DNA of 64,000 bases from an uncultured Gammaproteobacteria bacterium (GCA_964348895.1 CAYGEH010000001.1:246610-310609); one strand, 5' to 3'; positions 49,748 through 59,179 are shown, numbered from the stretch's first letter. Made by a program: numbers and translations. The notes: generated by a model from the letters alone, not told the origin.

Positions 49748-49897
49748 TGCTTGACTTTGATTTTAGCACAAAAATAATTAATCTTAAAAAGAATTCTTTA
49801 CCTGCCCAACTTTATTCTCACTCGTTTAAAGACGAAGCTGTCTTGAAAATTTTTGGAGCGAAGCAGATCTTCTGTTTGCCCTTCCCTTTCTTCTCTA

Positions 49898-51016
49898 TTA
49901 CTCTTTCTGTTCCGAAGTTCTAATTTGTCTTAATTCTTCCTCTAAAACCTTCTTTTCGTCTAATTGGCGCTTGATAGAGAGAATAAGTAAGATAACAATT
50001 GCCAGAGCCAGTAAAACAGCCAAGATTATCTTCCAAGGCATAACCCAAAAGAACAGGGTGTGGGTAATGGTTTGACCGTCTCCATAAAGAGCGCTTAGGG
50101 TGGCCGAGTAGCGACCAAAGTGCCATCTACCACCAAATTCGGCTTCATATTGTCTTTGGGCTTGGGGGAGAATGTTCTGTCTTTCAAGTCGAACTAGACT
50201 GGGTTGCTCTAAACCCCAAGTATTTCTCACTTCTATCTCTAGGATAGGCTTGATGTGAACTGTGCTTAAATTTAGGATTCGGGCCACAAAGGGAACTGGG
50301 CCGTATTCAAATAAAACTCTGGGGGTAGAGAATTCGGTAATATTAGCGCTGTATTCTACCGGACCCTCAACTGTAACCAGGTTTAGTGAGGCGACATTAA
50401 GATTAACAAACGCCCCAGTAGTGATTTGATCAGTTTGACCAACTAAGTCAGTCTCGCCAGATAAAAGAGCGGTGACGGCAAAGTAAAATCCTCCCGGTTC
50501 GGCATTTTGGGGAATAACAATAGTATAGGCAACGTCAACTTGCTCTCCTGCTTCTAGGGTAACTCTATTGGGATTAATTACTACCCAGTTGTGAGAATCG
50601 GGTAGAGGGTCGTCGTCTACTTCAACACCGCCAGTATCACCAGAGGCAATAAAAGGTGAAGCCCGTAAAACTAGGGTTACCGTTCTATCGCTTTGATTAA
50701 GAAGCGACATCTGATAAGAGTTGGCGCTTCCTCGAGGTAACTCAAGTTCTCTTACTGGTGGACTAATAGTGATTAAACTACTTAACCCTCCCTGCTGTTC
50801 TGGGGCGGCTACTGGCCGAGGCTCAGCATAGGGAGTCATTGTCGCCTCTTTGGTAACTTCAACCACCTCTCTGGTTCTGGCTGGTTGATTGGTCTCTGTT
50901 TCTTCTTGAGCGAGGGTGACTTTAGTCAAAGCAAAGCCTAAGGCTAGGAAGCCAAGCAGAATGATTACTAGGGCAGTTTTTTTAATCATTTGTTTTTTTA
51001 ATAACGACCAGTACAA
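49898..51016 (-). CDS. Surface protein, copy 1: cleavable N-terminal signal, beta-rich ectodomain, single C-terminal TM anchor and charged tail (KRQLDEKKVLEEELRQIRTSEQKE)
   Basis: 372 aa; 19-nt overlap with the upstream 411-aa gene (translational coupling). Architecture of type-I surface-anchored proteins. Confidence 0.6.
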   Translation of the reverse strand: MYWSLLKKQMIKKTALVIILLGFLALGFALTKVTLAQEETETNQPARTREVVEVTKEATMTPYAEPRPVAAPEQQGGLSSLITISPPVRELELPRGSANSYQMSLLNQSDRTVTLVLRASPFIASGDTGGVEVDDDPLPDSHNWVVINPNRVTLEAGEQVDVAYTIVIPQNAEPGGFYFAVTALLSGETDLVGQTDQITTGAFVNLNVASLNLVTVEGPVEYSANITEFSTPRVLFEYGPVPFVARILNLSTVHIKPILEIEVRNTWGLEQPSLVRLERQNILPQAQRQYEAEFGGRWHFGRYSATLSALYGDGQTITHTLFFWVMPWKIILAVLLALAIVILLILSIKRQLDEKKVLEEELRQIRTSEQKE

Positions 51017-52233
51017 AGGTAAGAGACAACATTAGAATAAACGCCGGCTTCCTGTAGTCCAGAAATCTCAACCCGATAAACAATGTAGGCCTGGCCGTTA
51101 GGATCAGCTCCACCAACACCATTGGCTGGAGCGTTGTGGCTCAAGATAGCCTCGTAAAGATTTGATAGCCCAGCAAACCTGGCTCCAGTAAAGCGGTTAC
51201 CGGCTCCAGCTCCAGCAAGGTCGTCAAGGGCAAGATCAGTTGTTCCATAACCAAGGTGACCATAGGTGTCAAGGGAGCCAGGGGTACCCAAAGGAGCAGC
51301 CCAAGTGTCAGGAGAAGTGTTGTCTTGGAGAACTCCATTTCTAAAAGTGTTAATGGTTGCCCCGCCCGCGGCAGTAAGATCAGAATACTGTCTGACGGCA
51401 AAGTGGAATCCATTGGCCCCATTAGTGCTAACCCTGATCATCTGTCCTGATTGAGAGGAGGCGCCGCTGTTGATAACTCCAAAGGGAATCGCGGTTGCTG
51501 TCGTGGCAAATCCGGCTGCTCCATAAGTGTTGCCCAGGGTGTTAAAGTTTTCGGCGGGGGCAACTCCAGCCACCTGACAAGAGAGAGTCGCCTTTACTTC
51601 GGCGGTAATGGTAACTGCGTCAATAATGGCCGCTCTCACCGAGGCAGTGTCTATGGTCACGGCAGAAGCGTTCTGGGTTTGATATTCAATTAAGTAGGTA
51701 TCGGCAGTCCCCGCCGCAGCCACCTTGGTTGGATTCTGAACATCGTTTAAGCCACCAGCCGCTCCATCCCCCATGGTGATTTCAACAAATTGGTTGGCAG
51801 CAAGACCAGAGCAGGCTCCTGAAGGAGCCAGGGTTAGGGTAATTATTTCATCAGCATTGTTAATGGCCACTCCAACTACACCCGCCGCTGGAGTGGCAGC
51901 AAGGGTACAAGTGGTCGGGCTAGACATATCAGCGTTAACACTGTGTCTCATCGTCATATCGGTAAAAGAATGGCCTACTCCCAAGTCAAATGGAGCTCCG
52001 GCTCCAGGAGCAAGGTCGATGACAATTCTGCCTGAGGTGGGAACAACAAGGGTGGTTCTAAAATAGTGGACGTGTCTAGTGTTGGCAAAAAGAGGGCGAG
52101 AATCAGAGATTGTAATTTGGGCGTTTCTCAAGCTACTAAAAGAGGCACTAAGGTTAGGGTAGGTTAAGAACAGGACCAGAGTCAGCAAGAAAAACAAGCT
52201 TTTTTTAGAGAAGAAGTTTTTGATCATTGGCAA
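50998..52233 (-). CDS. Secreted Ala/Gly/Thr-rich protein, copy 1 (signal peptide; GC-rich relative to the window)
   Basis: 411 aa, N-terminal signal MPMIKNFFSKKSLFFLLTLVLFLTYPNLSASF, low-complexity A/G/T-rich body. Confidence 0.6.
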   Translation of the reverse strand: MPMIKNFFSKKSLFFLLTLVLFLTYPNLSASFSSLRNAQITISDSRPLFANTRHVHYFRTTLVVPTSGRIVIDLAPGAGAPFDLGVGHSFTDMTMRHSVNADMSSPTTCTLAATPAAGVVGVAINNADEIITLTLAPSGACSGLAANQFVEITMGDGAAGGLNDVQNPTKVAAAGTADTYLIEYQTQNASAVTIDTASVRAAIIDAVTITAEVKATLSCQVAGVAPAENFNTLGNTYGAAGFATTATAIPFGVINSGASSQSGQMIRVSTNGANGFHFAVRQYSDLTAAGGATINTFRNGVLQDNTSPDTWAAPLGTPGSLDTYGHLGYGTTDLALDDLAGAGAGNRFTGARFAGLSNLYEAILSHNAPANGVGGADPNGQAYIVYRVEISGLQEAGVYSNVVSYLCTGRY

Positions 52234-52331
52234 GAGGTTTTTTGCTTGTTTATTAATGCTTCCTACAAGTTAAGAATAAACAAGTTTTGGGGTGTTTGTC
52301 AAGGGGTTTTTCTTTCCCCCTTCTTCTCTGG

Positions 52332-53450
52332 TTACTCTTTCTGTTCCGAAGTTCTAATTTGTCTTAATTCTTCCTCTAAAACCTTCTTTTCGTCTAATTG
52401 GCGCTTGATAGAGAGAATAAGTAAGATAACAATTGCCAGAGCCAGTAAAACAGCCAAGATTATCTTCCAAGGCATAACCCAAAAGAACAGGGTGTGGGTA
52501 ATGGTTTGACCGTCTCCATAAAGAGCGCTTAGGGTGGCCGAGTAGCGACCAAAGTGCCATCTACCACCAAATTCGGCTTCATATTGTCTTTGGGCTTGGG
52601 GGAGAATGTTCTGTCTTTCAAGTCGAACTAGACTGGGTTGCTCTAAACCCCAAGTATTTCTCACTTCTATCTCTAGGATAGGCTTGATGTGAACTGTGCT
52701 TAAATTTAGGATTCGGGCCACAAAGGGAACTGGGCCGTATTCAAATAAAACTCTGGGGGTAGAGAATTCGGTAATATTAGCGCTGTATTCTACCGGACCC
52801 TCAACTGTAACCAGGTTTAGTGAGGCGACATTAAGATTAACAAACGCCCCAGTAGTGATTTGATCAGTTTGACCAACTAAGTCAGTCTCGCCAGATAAAA
52901 GAGCGGTGACGGCAAAGTAAAATCCTCCCGGTTCGGCATTTTGGGGAATAACAATAGTATAGGCAACGTCAACTTGCTCTCCTGCTTCTAGGGTAACTCT
53001 ATTGGGATTAATTACTACCCAGTTGTGAGAATCGGGTAGAGGGTCGTCGTCTACTTCAACACCGCCAGTATCACCAGAGGCAATAAAAGGTGAAGCCCGT
53101 AAAACTAGGGTTACCGTTCTATCGCTTTGATTAAGAAGCGACATCTGATAAGAGTTGGCGCTTCCTCGAGGTAACTCAAGTTCTCTTACTGGTGGACTAA
53201 TAGTGATTAAACTACTTAACCCTCCCTGCTGTTCTGGGGCGGCTACTGGCCGAGGCTCAGCATAGGGAGTCATTGTCGCCTCTTTGGTAACTTCAACCAC
53301 CTCTCTGGTTCTGGCTGGTTGATTGGTCTCTGTTTCTTCTTGAGCGAGGGTGACTTTAGTCAAAGCAAAGCCTAAGGCTAGGAAGCCAAGCAGAATGATT
53401 ACTAGGGCAGTTTTTTTAATCATTTGTTTTTTTAATAACGACCAGTACAA
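52332..53450 (-). CDS. Surface protein with N-signal and C-terminal TM anchor, copy 2 (identical to 49898-51016)
   Basis: Identical translation. Confidence 0.6.
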   Translation of the reverse strand: MYWSLLKKQMIKKTALVIILLGFLALGFALTKVTLAQEETETNQPARTREVVEVTKEATMTPYAEPRPVAAPEQQGGLSSLITISPPVRELELPRGSANSYQMSLLNQSDRTVTLVLRASPFIASGDTGGVEVDDDPLPDSHNWVVINPNRVTLEAGEQVDVAYTIVIPQNAEPGGFYFAVTALLSGETDLVGQTDQITTGAFVNLNVASLNLVTVEGPVEYSANITEFSTPRVLFEYGPVPFVARILNLSTVHIKPILEIEVRNTWGLEQPSLVRLERQNILPQAQRQYEAEFGGRWHFGRYSATLSALYGDGQTITHTLFFWVMPWKIILAVLLALAIVILLILSIKRQLDEKKVLEEELRQIRTSEQKE

Positions 53451-54667
53451 AGGTAAGAGACAACATTAGAATAAACGCCGGCTTCCTGTAGTCCAGAAAT
53501 CTCAACCCGATAAACAATGTAGGCCTGGCCGTTAGGATCAGCTCCACCAACACCATTGGCTGGAGCGTTGTGGCTCAAGATAGCCTCGTAAAGATTTGAT
53601 AGCCCAGCAAACCTGGCTCCAGTAAAGCGGTTACCGGCTCCAGCTCCAGCAAGGTCGTCAAGGGCAAGATCAGTTGTTCCATAACCAAGGTGACCATAGG
53701 TGTCAAGGGAGCCAGGGGTACCCAAAGGAGCAGCCCAAGTGTCAGGAGAAGTGTTGTCTTGGAGAACTCCATTTCTAAAAGTGTTAATGGTTGCCCCGCC
53801 CGCGGCAGTAAGATCAGAATACTGTCTGACGGCAAAGTGGAATCCATTGGCCCCATTAGTGCTAACCCTGATCATCTGTCCTGATTGAGAGGAGGCGCCG
53901 CTGTTGATAACTCCAAAGGGAATCGCGGTTGCTGTCGTGGCAAATCCGGCTGCTCCATAAGTGTTGCCCAGGGTGTTAAAGTTTTCGGCGGGGGCAACTC
54001 CAGCCACCTGACAAGAGAGAGTCGCCTTTACTTCGGCGGTAATGGTAACTGCGTCAATAATGGCCGCTCTCACCGAGGCAGTGTCTATGGTCACGGCAGA
54101 AGCGTTCTGGGTTTGATATTCAATTAAGTAGGTATCGGCAGTCCCCGCCGCAGCCACCTTGGTTGGATTCTGAACATCGTTTAAGCCACCAGCCGCTCCA
54201 TCCCCCATGGTGATTTCAACAAATTGGTTGGCAGCAAGACCAGAGCAGGCTCCTGAAGGAGCCAGGGTTAGGGTAATTATTTCATCAGCATTGTTAATGG
54301 CCACTCCAACTACACCCGCCGCTGGAGTGGCAGCAAGGGTACAAGTGGTCGGGCTAGACATATCAGCGTTAACACTGTGTCTCATCGTCATATCGGTAAA
54401 AGAATGGCCTACTCCCAAGTCAAATGGAGCTCCGGCTCCAGGAGCAAGGTCGATGACAATTCTGCCTGAGGTGGGAACAACAAGGGTGGTTCTAAAATAG
54501 TGGACGTGTCTAGTGTTGGCAAAAAGAGGGCGAGAATCAGAGATTGTAATTTGGGCGTTTCTCAAGCTACTAAAAGAGGCACTAAGGTTAGGGTAGGTTA
54601 AGAACAGGACCAGAGTCAGCAAGAAAAACAAGCTTTTTTTAGAGAAGAAGTTTTTGATCATTGGCAA
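53432..54667 (-). CDS. Secreted Ala/Gly/Thr-rich protein, copy 2 (identical to 50998-52233)
   Basis: Identical translation. Confidence 0.6.
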   Translation of the reverse strand: MPMIKNFFSKKSLFFLLTLVLFLTYPNLSASFSSLRNAQITISDSRPLFANTRHVHYFRTTLVVPTSGRIVIDLAPGAGAPFDLGVGHSFTDMTMRHSVNADMSSPTTCTLAATPAAGVVGVAINNADEIITLTLAPSGACSGLAANQFVEITMGDGAAGGLNDVQNPTKVAAAGTADTYLIEYQTQNASAVTIDTASVRAAIIDAVTITAEVKATLSCQVAGVAPAENFNTLGNTYGAAGFATTATAIPFGVINSGASSQSGQMIRVSTNGANGFHFAVRQYSDLTAAGGATINTFRNGVLQDNTSPDTWAAPLGTPGSLDTYGHLGYGTTDLALDDLAGAGAGNRFTGARFAGLSNLYEAILSHNAPANGVGGADPNGQAYIVYRVEISGLQEAGVYSNVVSYLCTGRY

Positions 54668-54819
54668 GAGGTTTTTTGCTTGTTTATTAATGCTTCCTAC
54701 AAGTTAAGAATAAACAAGTTTTGGGGTGTTTGTCAAGCATCAACTGAATATTTATGCCCAGTGGATGAGAAATTTTAACAATTGCTTACATTTAAAAAGA
54801 TTTCTTATTTCTGATCCAA

Positions 54820-55053
54820 TTATTTATTTGCCATCGCCAGTTCTTTGGCCATTTTTTTTTGAAGATCGTCTTTTAATTCTTTAATTTCTGCCTTTAATCG
54901 AACAGCTTCTTCTTCGCCAATTTTAATTGTCTTACCGACTTGCTTTCCAATCTTTTTTCGCATATCTTCGTTCAATAGAATTGCCACCCCTGCCCCAACT
55001 AAGGCTCCCACCAAAGCGGCGGTTAAAAAATTGTTCTCACGGTGATCGCTCAT
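54820..55053 (-). CDS. YtxH-like small protein (N-terminal TM + coiled-coil)
   Basis: AALVGALVGAGVAILL followed by a K/E-rich helix. Confidence 0.55.
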   Translation of the reverse strand: MSDHRENNFLTAALVGALVGAGVAILLNEDMRKKIGKQVGKTIKIGEEEAVRLKAEIKELKDDLQKKMAKELAMANK

Positions 55054-55059
55054 TTTAAG

Positions 55060-55266
55060 TCACCTTCCCAAAAATTTTAAGAATGTTTCCAAAATCTTAA
55101 TTTTAATTCCAGTGCCAGCTTCGCTTGCCAAGCGCTGAAAGGATTTAACTACTTTTCTTAAAGAAATTAAAAAAGTTATTACCCAAACAGAAACAATAAG
55201 TGTGGTTAAAATTAGCAAAACAAAGAAAATCGTCCCTGTGTAATAAAAAAGTTCGCTTGCTATCAT
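55060..55266 (-). CDS. DUF948-like small membrane protein (usual partner of YtxH)
   Basis: Single TM plus amphipathic C-terminus; adjacent to the YtxH-like gene. Confidence 0.45.
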   Translation of the reverse strand: MIASELFYYTGTIFFVLLILTTLIVSVWVITFLISLRKVVKSFQRLASEAGTGIKIKILETFLKFLGR

Positions 55267-55401
55267 AAGAAATTCCTTTTATGTTAATGTTATGTCCTTC
55301 TTTATATATTAAAACTAAAAAAACTAATTAGTTCAAGAGGTAAAATTTTTCTCAAGATTACTGCTTAAGCGATAGAGGGCTTGTTTTTGTTTTAAAGAAC
55401 T

Positions 55402-55435
55402 AAAAAAGCGCCCAAAGAAATTTTCTTTGAGCGCT
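55402..55435 (-). terminator. Rho-independent terminator downstream of the RRM gene (15-bp stem AAGCGCCCAAAGAAA/TTTCTTTGAGCGCTT with one mismatch, 4-nt loop, then T-run on the minus strand)
   Basis: Read directly from the sequence. Confidence 0.55.
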
Positions 55436-55469
55436 TCTTCGTTTAAAAATAACTCTTAAGATTTAAGAA

Positions 55470-55727
55470 TTATCGGGATTTTTGCGGTTTAGCAAAATCA
55501 ACTTTAATTGTTCTGCCGTCAAAGTCTTTCCCATTAAACATTTCTACCGCTTTTTGTGCTTGACTTTCGTCAGCAAACTCAACAAAACCAAATCCCTTGG
55601 AACGACCAGTGGCTCGGTCAGTGATAACTACGCTATCAACTACCTCACCAGCCTCAGAAAAGAAATCTCTTAACTGATCACGATCAGCTCCATAACTAAG
55701 ATTACCAACATAGAGTTTTTTAACCAT
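55470..55727 (-). CDS. RRM-domain RNA-binding protein
   Basis: RNP2 LYVGNL and RNP1 KGFGFVEF motifs. Confidence 0.85.
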   Translation of the reverse strand: MVKKLYVGNLSYGADRDQLRDFFSEAGEVVDSVVITDRATGRSKGFGFVEFADESQAQKAVEMFNGKDFDGRTIKVDFAKPQKSR

Positions 55728-55971
55728 TATTAATCACCCCCCTAAAAATGGAATATTCAATTAGAAGAAATAAAAATAAAAAGATAAAAGGTATTAAAGA
55801 GAGGTTTCGGCACGAAAAAACAGTTAATTGAACTTTATTATAACAATTCATTAACAAAAGTAAAGGGGTAAATTATCAAAAAAAGAGTTTTAGAGTTAAA
55901 CCTTCTCTTTCTCGTCTTGAGTTTAATTAGGGATCGAAGAAATTTAAACAAGTCTTTTTTTTGTTTTTATC

Positions 55972-56000
55972 TTGACAGTGCCCCTAGACAGGAGTAATAT
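55972..56000 (+). promoter_or_regulatory. Consensus sigma70 promoter TTGACA-17nt-TAATAT for the csoR-copA operon
   Basis: TTGACA 55972-55977, TAATAT 55995-56000. Confidence 0.55.
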
Positions 56001-56011
56001 GCTTCTAAACC

Positions 56012-56023
56012 CCCCCTAGGGGG
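56012..56023 (+). promoter_or_regulatory. Perfect GC-rich palindrome CCCCCTAGGGGG just downstream of the -10 (putative CsoR operator); a related CCCCTAG half-site lies at 55981-55987 inside the spacer
   Basis: CsoR operators are GC-tract inverted repeats overlapping the promoter. Read directly from the sequence. Confidence 0.5.
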
Positions 56024-56042
56024 ATGTAGGTTAAGTATAGAA

Positions 56043-56321
56043 ATGAATCACAATAAGAAAAATCTCGATAAAAGAATAAACTATATCCTGGGACATCTTA
56101 AGGGAGTTAAAAAAATGATTGCTGAAGAAAAGTATTGTATTGATATTATTCAACAAAATCGAGCCATCATCGCCGCTCTAAAAAAAACCAACAAAATAAT
56201 TTTAGAAAAACACTTAAACACCTGTCTTATTCAGGCGGCTAAAGGCAAAGACCATCAAGAGATCCAAAAAAAAATAGAAGAAATTCTTCTTCTCTTTGAA
56301 GACTCTGAAAATGACCGCTGA
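56043..56321 (+). CDS. csoR: CsoR/RcnR-family metal-sensing transcriptional repressor
   Basis: DUF156 fold with conserved Cys/His positions (YCIDII ... H ... C). Confidence 0.75.
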   Translation: MNHNKKNLDKRINYILGHLKGVKKMIAEEKYCIDIIQQNRAIIAALKKTNKIILEKHLNTCLIQAAKGKDHQEIQKKIEEILLLFEDSENDR

Positions 56322-56904
56322 TAATTTCAGAAAACAAAGTCTTCTGTCAGCATTGTTTTCTGGCTTAATCCCTCACCTTTTCTGTATTCTCTTTCTTCTT
56401 TTTGCCGCTCTAGGGACAACTGCCATAACCGCCTTAATAAAACCACTCTTGCTTTCCTCTGGTTTTTTTTATTTTCTTATTTTTGCTTCTTTGCTTTTTG
56501 CTACTATTTCGGCCATTATTTACCTAAAGAGGTGTCGGTTTCTTTCTTGGCAGGGAGTCAGAAAAAAGTGGCGCTATCTTAGTCTTCTTTATCTTGTCAC
56601 TGTTACAACTAACTTAGTATTTTTTTTAATAATTTTCCCAAAAGCTGCCAATCTTGACTTTAACAAGAGTCAGGTTTTAGGGGAAATCGATGAACCCTCT
56701 TCTTCAATAACGGTCGCAGTTGAAATTCCCTGTTCTGGTCACGCACCTTTAATTATTAATGAAATAGAAAAGACTTCTGGAATTAAGAATGTTATTTTTA
56801 GTTTTCCCAACTTATTTAAAATTATTTTTCTTCCTCAACAAATTACTCCCGAAAAGATTTTAAGTTTGCCTATTTTTAATAATTTTCCAGCCAAACTACA
56901 ATGA
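56296..56904 (+). CDS. Membrane protein of the copper operon with C-terminal soluble domain (single PCSGH Cys/His motif)
   Basis: 4 TMs; overlaps csoR by 26 nt and copA by 4 nt. Confidence 0.4.
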   Translation: MKTLKMTADNFRKQSLLSALFSGLIPHLFCILFLLFAALGTTAITALIKPLLLSSGFFYFLIFASLLFATISAIIYLKRCRFLSWQGVRKKWRYLSLLYLVTVTTNLVFFLIIFPKAANLDFNKSQVLGEIDEPSSSITVAVEIPCSGHAPLIINEIEKTSGIKNVIFSFPNLFKIIFLPQQITPEKILSLPIFNNFPAKLQ

Positions 56905-59060
56905 AAAAAATTACTTTATCGGTTTTGGGGATGAGCTGTCTTGCTTGTGCTCAAGCAATTGAAACCAAGCTAAAAAAACATCCTGGTGTCATTAATGCCA
57001 GTGTCAATTTCACTACTGGCCTTCTTCTGATTCAAGCTCAAAAATCAGTTTCCCGAAGCGAATTAATTCAAGTCATTCGCCAGCTTGGTTACGAGGCCGA
57101 AGAGCCAAGACCAGCCCTAAGTCACAAAATAGCCCAGAAAGCCAAAAACCAGGCCCTTGTCGCTCTTTTTCTTAGTTTGGCTCTTATGGCAATAATGGCA
57201 GGAGAACACCTCTTGGGAATGGATCTAAAAAAAGAATTCGGATCTCTTCGCTTAGCCGTTGAGGCCATTCTTACTTTCTTGGTAGTTTATGTTTTGGGTT
57301 GGCCAATTCATCTTTCTGGCTGGAGAGCGATTAAAAAAGCCTACCCCAACATGGATACCTTAATTTCTTTGGGGGCATCGGCAGCTTTTTGGTTTGGAGT
57401 AGCCGCATTTTTTTGGAAAATTCCGGTCTTTTTTGAAGTAGCCGCCTTTATTATTTCTTTTCAGCTAATCGGCCATTATCTGGAAGTCAGAGCTAGAGGT
57501 AAAGCCTCTCAGGCCATAAAAGAACTTCTTGCCCTAAAACCCAAAAACGCCAGAGTTTTAAAAAACGGTCAAGAAAAAATAATTCCCTTAAAAAATTTAA
57601 CTATCGGGGATGTTGTTTTGGTTAAGCCAGGGGAAATGATCCCTGCTGACGGAGAAGTAATTGCTGGTCAATCAACCATTAATGAAGCTATTGCCACCGG
57701 AGAATCACAACCAATCATCAAAGCCGTGGGCAGTAAGGTTCTTCAATCAACTATTAACCAAAATGGTTGGCTTAAAATTAAAATTAATAAAACTGGTCAA
57801 GAAACTTTTCTATCACAAATAATTAAATTAATTGAAGAGGCTCAAGGCAATAAAATCCCAATTCAAAAATTGGCCGACCAGGTTACTGCTCGCTTTGTTC
57901 CTGTTATTTTGTTTATTGCTCTTGCCACCTTTGTTTTCTGGGCCGCAATGGGTCAATGGCCTAAGGGAATATTATCTGCTATTACCGTTTTAATTATCGC
58001 TTGTCCTTGTGCTTTGGGTTTAGCAACTCCAACTGCTCTAACAGTTGCCATTGGCGAAGGAGCCAAAATGGGCATTTTAATCCGTCGAGGCGAGGCAGTC
58101 GAAAAGCTAAGTAAGATTAAAACAATTGTTTTAGACAAAACCGGAACTATCACTGAAGGAAAACTAACCATTTCTGATATTCAATCTTTTTCGGTTAATC
58201 AAAAAAAAGTTCTCACCATTGCCGCTAGCCTGGAAAACTATTCAGAGCACCCTATTGCTGAGGCTATTTTGAAAAAAGCCAAAAATGAAAAAGTAAAACT
58301 ACTTCCTGTTGATAGCTTTCAGGCAATACCAGGACAGGGAGTTAGGGGAATAATTGATCAAAAAGAAACCCTAATTGGAACTGAAAGCCTTTTGACAGAA
58401 AACAGCGTTGATCTTTCCGCGATAAAAAGAAAGATTATCGCACTAGAAAAAAAGGGGAAAACGGTTATTGTTCTTGCTCAAAATCAAAAACCGCTTGGTC
58501 TATTTGCTCTTGCTGATTCTCCGAAGGAAAACGCAGCTGGGGCTGTTAGAGGTCTAAAGGAAATGGGTTTCAAAGTAATAATGTTAACTGGTGATCATCA
58601 TCGAGCTGCCAAGCTAATTGCCGATCAAGTAAAAATAAATAATATAATCGCCCGGGTTTTGCCCAAAGAGAAAGTAGCTGTTATTAAAAAATTGCAAGAA
58701 AAAGGCGAGGGGGTAATTATGGTCGGCGACGGCATTAATGATGCGCCAGCCCTGACTCAAGCTAATGTTGGAATTGCTATGGGTTCTGGGGCCGATGTTA
58801 CTGCTGAAGCTGGTGATATTGTTCTTGTTGCCTCTAATCCTGAAGCTATTGTCAAAGCGATTAATCTTAATCAAAAAGCTTTTAGAGTTATCAAGCAAAA
58901 TCTTTTCTGGGCTTTCCTTTATAATACTCTAGCAATTCCTGCGGCGGCGGCGGGAATATTGGCAACTCCCCTTGGTCCCATTATTGCTGCTGGAGCAATG
59001 ACTCTTAGCTCTCTCTCTGTCATCTTAAATTCTCTAAGAATAAAGCTTCAGTTAAATTAA
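56901..59060 (+). CDS. copA: Copper-translocating P1B-type ATPase with N-terminal HMA domain
   Basis: GMSCLAC metal-binding motif, CPC, DKTGTIT, GDGINDAPAL. Confidence 0.9.
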   Translation: MKKITLSVLGMSCLACAQAIETKLKKHPGVINASVNFTTGLLLIQAQKSVSRSELIQVIRQLGYEAEEPRPALSHKIAQKAKNQALVALFLSLALMAIMAGEHLLGMDLKKEFGSLRLAVEAILTFLVVYVLGWPIHLSGWRAIKKAYPNMDTLISLGASAAFWFGVAAFFWKIPVFFEVAAFIISFQLIGHYLEVRARGKASQAIKELLALKPKNARVLKNGQEKIIPLKNLTIGDVVLVKPGEMIPADGEVIAGQSTINEAIATGESQPIIKAVGSKVLQSTINQNGWLKIKINKTGQETFLSQIIKLIEEAQGNKIPIQKLADQVTARFVPVILFIALATFVFWAAMGQWPKGILSAITVLIIACPCALGLATPTALTVAIGEGAKMGILIRRGEAVEKLSKIKTIVLDKTGTITEGKLTISDIQSFSVNQKKVLTIAASLENYSEHPIAEAILKKAKNEKVKLLPVDSFQAIPGQGVRGIIDQKETLIGTESLLTENSVDLSAIKRKIIALEKKGKTVIVLAQNQKPLGLFALADSPKENAAGAVRGLKEMGFKVIMLTGDHHRAAKLIADQVKINNIIARVLPKEKVAVIKKLQEKGEGVIMVGDGINDAPALTQANVGIAMGSGADVTAEAGDIVLVASNPEAIVKAINLNQKAFRVIKQNLFWAFLYNTLAIPAAAAGILATPLGPIIAAGAMTLSSLSVILNSLRIKLQLN

Positions 59061-59179
59061 AAATGTTTTTCCTCTATCAGCTAACATCAAATCTCTCTTA
59101 CCGGCCTCGCTAAAAAAAATAACAACCGTCTAAAAGAGCAGAGAGACTAACCTCTATTCCTTAAATATTAATTGGTTAC

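Larger units (their letters stand above)
49883..52303. repeat. Tandem direct repeat unit 1 (about 2421 bp), 100% identical to 52316-54737
   Basis: Both encoded proteins and all internal spurious ORFs are identical at a 2434-nt offset. Boundaries placed by direct comparison of flanks: identity starts in the ttcttctct/ttactc region and ends at gtttgtcaag. Confidence 0.9.
52316..54737. repeat. Tandem direct repeat unit 2; a 12-nt junction (gggtttttcttt) separates the units
   Basis: See unit 1. Confidence 0.9.

Noticed and set aside
51141-52066. Several 60-97 aa ORFs on both strands inside the 411-aa gene (and identical ones in copy 2)
   Set aside because: Products of GC-rich sequence lacking stops in alternative frames; embedded in a longer, better-supported ORF.
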